Source: an uncultured virus (IMG/VR IMGVR_UViG_3300025066_000021) | Taxonomy: Duplodnaviria > Heunggongvirae > Uroviricota > Caudoviricetes | IMG/VR virus record: IMGVR_UViG_3300025066_000021 | Length of the DNA stretch: 20,000 nucleotides | Direction: 5' to 3' (one strand) | Part shown: piece by piece, positions 14,933-20,000 of the stretch | Numbering within the stretch: the stretch's first letter is position 1 | Layout of the letters: every line of letters begins with the position of its first letter | Program-made: the position numbers and the translations under genes | The notes under the pieces: generated by a model | Databases searched by the model: none | Seen by the model: only the letters and a program-made list of their open reading frames with translations | What the model was told of the DNA's origin: nothing

Positions 14933-15928
14933 ATGAAAAACTTGAGAGATACTTGGTATGTCTGTGAATCATGTTGCCACGCCTATTTTAGAATCAACTT
15001 AAATAGACCGTTAAATCATCAATGTGATTGGTGTTTTTATGTTGGAGACAGCGCCAATTTAATTCAGTTATCCGATACCTTAACTAAACGGAGAAGAAAC
15101 AGCGCTTATAAAACTCCGTATAACAAGACTGATACCGACTTAAGCAAGTGGGTTACCCGAAAAGGGAACAGTATTTGTATTGAAAGGCATGGAGTAAAGC
15201 ACTCTTTTCCTATAAAAAAGTTTGGGGAAGGGCAGGCTATCCGCCATGCTAATTATTTAGCTATGGGATGGAAGTGTTTAGAATCCGGAGAGGATATGTA
15301 TGAGAGTCTCCAGACTTATTTAACCAGAAATCCTGAGTGTATTAATAAAAGCAGGTTTTTACCAGAATGGGTTGAGTTTAGACCAAGTAAACAGGGAATA
15401 GGAATCTTTAGACTTAGATTTAAAGAAATCATGCTTAGAACCTTTTTTGTACAAGATTATAGTGATGTACAAAGGGTTTTAAACGAGGTCAAAAAAAGTA
15501 GGGACGCATTAGCAATAGAAGCAAAAAGAATCAAAGCGGGGAATCCTGTTGTTCCATCAAAACTAAAAAGAGCGGTGGGATCTAAATTTAAAGCGGGAAG
15601 AGATTTTCCTCAGGGAGCCCAGAAATGTAATAGTTCTGGAAGATATTATATTAGATTCTTTAAGCCCAATACTAAAGTAAGGTTCGATGCTAGTATAACT
15701 CAAGAAATACTAGACACTTTAGTAGGTGAAGAGGCTGTTCCTGTGTTACTAGAAGAAATACTGGACAACTCTAAAAAATTGGGAGATGGCTGCGAAAAAA
15801 GGCATGAGTACATAAAGTTTAGGTTGGAAGAGGCTAAAAGGGAATGGTCTACTAGAAAGTTCAGGGAGAATTACAAAAGTGTGATAGAATGGCACGAACT
15901 TAATGCCGAAGATATAATTGAATTTTAA
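14933..15928 (+). CDS. Putative DNA-binding protein: N-terminal Zn finger plus 2-3 AP2-like repeats
   Basis: CESC...CDWC; KHSFPIKKFGEGQAIRHA resembles the AP2 'K.F...KYG...A...A' motif, with related units LPEWV...RTFFVQDY...VKKSRD and FPQGA...GRYYIRF. The start may be 14921 or 14933. Confidence 0.6.
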   Translation: MKNLRDTWYVCESCCHAYFRINLNRPLNHQCDWCFYVGDSANLIQLSDTLTKRRRNSAYKTPYNKTDTDLSKWVTRKGNSICIERHGVKHSFPIKKFGEGQAIRHANYLAMGWKCLESGEDMYESLQTYLTRNPECINKSRFLPEWVEFRPSKQGIGIFRLRFKEIMLRTFFVQDYSDVQRVLNEVKKSRDALAIEAKRIKAGNPVVPSKLKRAVGSKFKAGRDFPQGAQKCNSSGRYYIRFFKPNTKVRFDASITQEILDTLVGEEAVPVLLEEILDNSKKLGDGCEKRHEYIKFRLEEAKREWSTRKFRENYKSVIEWHELNAEDIIEF

Positions 15929-15945
15929 GATCTTTTATATTTAAA

Positions 15946-16518
15946 ATGGGAACAAGGAATTACTTTATGACATCTATTTCAAAAGACGCTATCTTATCTA
16001 GTTGCAAAAAATATAGATATATTTTAGAAAGAACGTGGGATAGCAATAAACCCAAAGCTGTTTTCGTAATGCTAAATCCTAGTACTGCGGATCACACCGT
16101 AGATGATCCCACAATTCGTAAATGTATAGGGTTTGCTAAAAGGTGGGGACTGGGAGGAATTTCAGTTTTTAACGTGTTTGCTTTCAGAGCTACTTTGCCT
16201 AATGTTTTAAAAACTGCGGAAGATCCTATTGGTCCGCTAAATCAGACATACTTAGAAATCACTGCTATTCATGATGAAGATACAGTAGTGTTTTCGTGGG
16301 GCGCTAGCGCTAAGAAATTGTTTGAGTTGCATGACACCTGGATTTCTAGGATGACAAGACTTTTTAAAGAGAAGACGCAAAACATAAAAGCTCTAGGGTT
16401 CACCAGAGAGGGCTTTCCCAGACATCCTTTATACGTTAAATACGATCAAGAATTAGTTGAATGGAAAAGTCGGGATCAATTTTTGTTTGATTTTTATGAT
16501 ATACTAAACAGGAGATAA
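15946..16518 (+). CDS. DUF1643 domain-containing protein
   Basis: Diagnostic YRY.L.R.W...VFVMLNPSTAD...DDPTIRKC..FA..WG...N.FA.RAT.P...WG...G.PRHPLY. The start may be ATG 15967. Confidence 0.93.
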   Translation: MGTRNYFMTSISKDAILSSCKKYRYILERTWDSNKPKAVFVMLNPSTADHTVDDPTIRKCIGFAKRWGLGGISVFNVFAFRATLPNVLKTAEDPIGPLNQTYLEITAIHDEDTVVFSWGASAKKLFELHDTWISRMTRLFKEKTQNIKALGFTREGFPRHPLYVKYDQELVEWKSRDQFLFDFYDILNRR

Positions 16519-16519
16519 G

Positions 16520-17335
16520 ATGGATTATGAAACTTTAATACCCGGAGACAAACTTTTAATTATTGATAAAGGAGGCTCTCCGTTTATCACCAGTGCAATA
16601 ACTGAAGTTCGTGAGAGTTCTTCAGATCCTGTAGAACGAGTGATATTCTTCTCTGATATATTGCACCCAATTTCAAGCGTTAATTGTATAGGGGTTACAG
16701 CGAAGCTTCTACAAGATTCCGAGGTAAAATTGTATAGATCTGCTGATTTGTGTAGGATAAAAGGTAGAGAAATAGTTCTAGGACAGCCTTTGCATACTGG
16801 CGGTGCCCGGATCGCTAAAATAGTAAAAGACAGAGAAGCTAACCTACTGACCGTGGGATTCGAATACGGTGCCCCCGAAGTATACGGTTTAGATCACCCT
16901 GATAACTGGCCTTTTGTACCTGTTCGACTGCAAAAACTGGACATTTCCCTTAACGGGGGAGATCCTAAAGTGGGAGAGGTTTTAGAAGTAGATTTAGCTG
17001 CCTGTACTATAGTCTGGACTGGATTCTTTATAGAAGGTTCGGCGGATATTTTTGAATATAAAACAAGTTTCTCTCCAAGTGATTGGGAAAAGGGAACTAG
17101 ATTCTCAATACATACTGAGGAATCTTATGAAGTACAAAAAGAAATAGAGAGATACCCTCGTCCAGTGGAGCCAGAAGCACCTTGTTCTCACTGTGACCAC
17201 GGAGATTTGATTCCTGGTCAAGAACTCGATCACAGTGTATTAGATAACTCGGTTGGTATGTCTGCTAGGGAATACAGGTTGCATTTGATTAGAAATGGAG
17301 AACGTGTTTCAAAAGGATCAGACTATGAGATTTAG
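16520..17335 (+). CDS. Hypothetical protein (271 aa) with a domain shared with 6469..6882 and 1701..2312
   Basis: AGGAG RBS; WPFVP motif; C-terminal CSHCDH. Confidence 0.88.
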   Translation: MDYETLIPGDKLLIIDKGGSPFITSAITEVRESSSDPVERVIFFSDILHPISSVNCIGVTAKLLQDSEVKLYRSADLCRIKGREIVLGQPLHTGGARIAKIVKDREANLLTVGFEYGAPEVYGLDHPDNWPFVPVRLQKLDISLNGGDPKVGEVLEVDLAACTIVWTGFFIEGSADIFEYKTSFSPSDWEKGTRFSIHTEESYEVQKEIERYPRPVEPEAPCSHCDHGDLIPGQELDHSVLDNSVGMSAREYRLHLIRNGERVSKGSDYEI

Positions 17336-17636
17336 CTTTGCGGAATACCCAGGATTTAAACAATTTTGCGGAACACTGGCTTTTAGTGAGCATTTTCCAG
17401 GTCAAGATAGAGTGGCCGAGCTTTATAATGGCCATGTTAACAAAAACTTTTTAGGATATAATAGAGTTTTCGACTCCGACAAGCTGTTGCATATCGCAGC
17501 TAAGAATGAAACAACTAGAATAGAAAAAGAGATGAAGAGCTGCATACAGTGTGAGCGGGGATGTTTGCCCTGTCTTAGGCATGCAGACATTAAAAGAAGA
17601 CTTAATAGTAATATAGAAGGGTTTATTCATGTGTAA
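17325..17636 (+). CDS. Hypothetical protein with C-terminal CxxC-x3-CxxC-x2-H motif (start revised from 17295)
   Basis: AAAGGA RBS before ATG 17325; CIQCERGCLPCLRH. Confidence 0.8.
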   Translation: MRFSFAEYPGFKQFCGTLAFSEHFPGQDRVAELYNGHVNKNFLGYNRVFDSDKLLHIAAKNETTRIEKEMKSCIQCERGCLPCLRHADIKRRLNSNIEGFIHV

Positions 17637-17835
17637 CCAAGAAGAATTTTTAGTAGCCCCAGTCTCAGATCAATTTAAATCCACTTGTTTGATAGACACT
17701 TTGAATTACTTATCCGGTATAGGGTACGAAACGGTTTCTATGTCAGAAAGAGCAGACGGTTATTTTGTAATAGACTTTTGCGGGGAATCCAAAGCTGTTT
17801 TTGATAATAACGGCAGCCTAGTCTCAGTTTATTAA
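17629..17835 (+). CDS. Small hypothetical protein (68 aa)
   Basis: Overlaps the upstream stop; same frame as 17851..18465. Confidence 0.75.
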   Translation: MCNQEEFLVAPVSDQFKSTCLIDTLNYLSGIGYETVSMSERADGYFVIDFCGESKAVFDNNGSLVSVY

Positions 17836-17850
17836 AGTAATCTATTCACA

Positions 17851-18465
17851 TTGTCATATTTTTATGTTATTATTGATAATGACAAAGGAGATTATGTGAC
17901 CACAAAAAAGCTAAAAGGAAAAGTTTCAGTTAGATCCCGGTATAACGGGGTTAGCATCTCAGTTAAGGATGACACTAGTGTTACGACTTTCTTGGAGATC
18001 GAAATGGACCCTGTTTCCTGGTCCTCTTGCTTAGGAGGTCAATCTAGCATACCAGCTATCCTGGAGATAAATAATTTGGATAGAGTAGGTCTAAAAAGAA
18101 TCTCTGATATGCTTGTCTTTGAAATAGAGGATAAGATTTATTCTGACGATGAGATAGAGATGGAAGCTATGAAACACATTCCAGAAGGATGGGATTCCAC
18201 CTTTAACTTCGGTTCCCAAGATTCCAGATTCCATGAAGAAGGAAAAAAATATGCTAAAACGGCAATACACAAGCGGGTAGAGAGTGGTCAAATCGACCAA
18301 ACTATAGAAGATTGTCCTAATTGTGGACCACAAGTGGCTTTACATGAAGATCCTAGAGGCCATTACGTTGGTTGTGGTGACTGCGGTTTCAGGTCACGGT
18401 ATACTCTCAGCGAGGAAAATGCCATTGAATCTTGGTCTGAACTACTAAAAAAGGTTTCGGAGTGA
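17851..18465 (+). CDS. Hypothetical protein with C-terminal Lar-like zinc ribbon
   Basis: IEDCPNCG...YVGCGDCGFRS.....EENAIESW; TTG start with no RBS. Confidence 0.75.
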   Translation: MSYFYVIIDNDKGDYVTTKKLKGKVSVRSRYNGVSISVKDDTSVTTFLEIEMDPVSWSSCLGGQSSIPAILEINNLDRVGLKRISDMLVFEIEDKIYSDDEIEMEAMKHIPEGWDSTFNFGSQDSRFHEEGKKYAKTAIHKRVESGQIDQTIEDCPNCGPQVALHEDPRGHYVGCGDCGFRSRYTLSEENAIESWSELLKKVSE

Positions 18466-18911
18466 TAGTAATAGATCTAAAAGATGGTTCTATAATAAAG
18501 TTCTCCATGGCTTCCCAGATAGAAGAGCGGGATTTTATATACCAAGCAAAAACTTTGGATGAGTCTTTCCAGGTAAACTTAGGCAAAAAAGGAAAGCACA
18601 AGATCTCTGATATTCAAGACATTTATTTTGAATTAGATGATAGATATGTTGTTCAGCCTGAGAAAAAGAAAGGGGAGATAAACGGAGAGGAAATAGTTAA
18701 TCGTCTTCAGAAGCAAATGGACACTAGGAAAGCTCACAGAGCGTCTAAGTTCGAGGAGTCCGTGAGATCTAGGCTAGGGTTTGTGCCAAAGGATAACTTG
18801 CTTTATCAGCAGTGCTTGAATTCTTGTTTGGATGACCACGAGGAATCTAAACTACCTCTGTATGCTAACTTGTTTGTAAACGGTTACCAAAGAGCTAAGA
18901 AAAGTAATTGA
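18462..18911 (+). CDS. Hypothetical protein (149 aa)
   Basis: GTGA overlap; AAAGG RBS. Confidence 0.85.
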   Translation: MIVIDLKDGSIIKFSMASQIEERDFIYQAKTLDESFQVNLGKKGKHKISDIQDIYFELDDRYVVQPEKKKGEINGEEIVNRLQKQMDTRKAHRASKFEESVRSRLGFVPKDNLLYQQCLNSCLDDHEESKLPLYANLFVNGYQRAKKSN

Positions 18912-18936
18912 CCTGACCAGCTCTTTGTGATAACAT
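18908..18936 (+). promoter_or_regulatory. Putative sigma70-type promoter
   Basis: TTGACC (18908-18913), 17 bp, TAACAT (18931-18936) preceded by TGn; ATG 6 nt downstream. Confidence 0.55.
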
Positions 18937-18942
18937 GTATAA

Positions 18943-19110
18943 ATGTTATCTTTAATTATTTTTGTTGCTCTGGCATTTTTAGTGGGGAATTTATTATCGG
19001 AAATAGCCTTTTATAATCACCATGACGAAAAAGGAACAGTGGCTTTCTGCAATCTTCTTATCTTGAACTCTTCTTTTTTAGTGTGTGATTTTTTAGGGCT
19101 TTTACCTTAA
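18943..19110 (+). CDS. Small two-TM membrane protein (55 aa)
   Basis: MLSLIIFVALAFLVGNLLSEIAFYNHHDEKGTVAFCNLLILNSSFLVCDFLGLLP*. Confidence 0.7.
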   Translation: MLSLIIFVALAFLVGNLLSEIAFYNHHDEKGTVAFCNLLILNSSFLVCDFLGLLP

Positions 19111-19280
19111 AAAACTATTAATCGCATTAAAAGATCAAAAAGTAAGATAGACCAGCCAACTTTTACAGCAACCTCGCAATCAGGATTGCCAGGATCTTTA
19201 GCCTTAGTTCCATAACCATAGAAAAGCATACCAAAGGCAAACGTGTAGATAATTATGTAAGATAGCAATAACGGGCTCAT
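19107..19280 (-). CDS. Small two-TM membrane protein (57 aa)
   Basis: MSPLLLSYIIIYTFAFGMLFYGYGTKAKDPGNPDCEVAVKVGWSILLFDLLMRLIVF*; ATG directly follows the upstream TAA. Confidence 0.75.
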   Translation of the reverse strand: MSPLLLSYIIIYTFAFGMLFYGYGTKAKDPGNPDCEVAVKVGWSILLFDLLMRLIVF

Positions 19281-19724
19281 TTAAATGTCTATGGGTTGAC
19301 AAGAGATAATAATTGATTTGCTGTTTTCTCCCTCGCTGTTCCAAACTTCTTTTCTAGTAAAGTCTTCGGGTTTAAAATATTTGCCAATTCCAAATGGATT
19401 AGGACCCATAAAACAATACAGTATTTTCCAACTGTAAATATCTGAGTCTAGATTATAAACACAGCATAGAAGTCTGGAAGAGAGTTTAGCATCATGCATT
19501 TCTATTCTCGGTAACTTCCATCCCTCCAGTTTATACAGTCCGTCTTTAGATAGTAAAGTGGATAAGCTCCAATCTCTGTTGAGTTCTCCTCTCCCAACAA
19601 TCTCGTTAGCTATGTTAGCACCTAGCCCCCAAGACACCTCAAAAGTTTCTGTATTAGAAAATAATATTAATACAGTAGTAACTGTTTTGGGCAATTTTGT
19701 AAAGTCGGAGTTCCAATTTACCAT
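19281..19724 (-). CDS. Hypothetical protein with DUF551-like N-terminus (start revised from 19784)
   Basis: GGAG RBS before ATG 19724; MVNWNSDFTKLPKTVTTVLILF...; overlaps the upstream stop. Confidence 0.75.
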   Translation of the reverse strand: MVNWNSDFTKLPKTVTTVLILFSNTETFEVSWGLGANIANEIVGRGELNRDWSLSTLLSKDGLYKLEGWKLPRIEMHDAKLSSRLLCCVYNLDSDIYSWKILYCFMGPNPFGIGKYFKPEDFTRKEVWNSEGENSKSIIISCQPIDI

Positions 19725-20000
19725 GCTATCTCCAAAACAGGACTGGCCTTTCTTATGAATGATAGCTTGGTCGCTGCCCTCCATGAAATTAACCTGTGTT
19801 TAGTGTTTGTACATGAAAACCCAAAAAGGTCCCATACATCCGGACTGTTTATAGCTGATATTTTGTTACCTTTTCTCACAGCTATAAGAAATTCTGTTTC
19901 ATCTGATAAAGAATCAACGGTAGATACTTCTAGGACAGTGTTTTCTGGAGCACTATTGATGTGGTAATGGAAATCCTCTTCTATAGAGACTTGGGGAGGA
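19718..20000 (-). CDS. 3' part of a hypothetical protein entering from the right edge
   Basis: Open frame ...PPQVSIEEDFHYHINSAPENTVLEVSTVDSLSDETEFLIAVRKGNKISAINSPDVWDLFGFSCTNTKHRLISWRAATKLSFIRKASPVLEIAW* (TAA 19720-19718). Confidence 0.75.
   Translation of the reverse strand, partial: PPQVSIEEDFHYHINSAPENTVLEVSTVDSLSDETEFLIAVRKGNKISAINSPDVWDLFGFSCTNTKHRLISWRAATKLSFIRKASPVLEIAW

Noticed and set aside
1808..19967. Shadow ORFs in the track (1808-, 3569-, 3667-, 5017-, 5528-, 5763+, 5972-, 8644-, 9529-, 12591-, 14582+, 18091-, 18407-, 19558+, 19755+)
   Set aside because: Each overlaps a better-supported gene (RBS, coupling, motif or paralog evidence) in another frame or on the other strand, and none has a recognisable motif.
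1..20000. Genome-wide stop-codon reassignment (TAG or TGA)
   Set aside because: Long ORFs are intact in the standard code. TAG and TGA end many genes exactly at coupled junctions (e.g. 1063-1065, 3668-3670 and the ATGA overlaps), and the in-frame stops are of mixed types.

Overview
AT-rich, gene-dense window that reads like the accessory or early region of a large dsDNA phage or prophage. It holds about 55 mostly small, translationally coupled hypothetical genes, roughly 13 of them small membrane proteins, plus several near-consensus sigma70-type promoters. There are no structural, replication or housekeeping hallmark genes, so the phage call is an inference. Recognisable by motif are the N-terminus of an IS607-type (MerR-HTH) transposase running off the left edge, a DUF1643 protein, three Lar-like zinc ribbons fused to different partners (one to a DUF5662/HD-like domain), a Zn-finger/OB-fold-like protein and a Zn-finger protein with AP2-like repeats. 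Five things stand out. (1) A ~0.8 kb non-coding block (2519-3310) carries a perfect 61-bp direct repeat, iterated motifs in both orientations, hairpins and an AT-rich quasi-palindromic core; it is an origin or ncRNA candidate. (2) An IS607-like end carries an extra small ORF coupled to tnpA and appears to have removed the 5' end of a resident gene. (3) About six genes are frameshifted, mostly at short simple repeats, and there are also in-frame stops. (4) The TTGAC of three promoter -35 boxes doubles as the upstream gene's TGA stop. (5) Several unnamed paralogous domains are shuffled among genes. All family calls come from visual motif recognition, not database searches.
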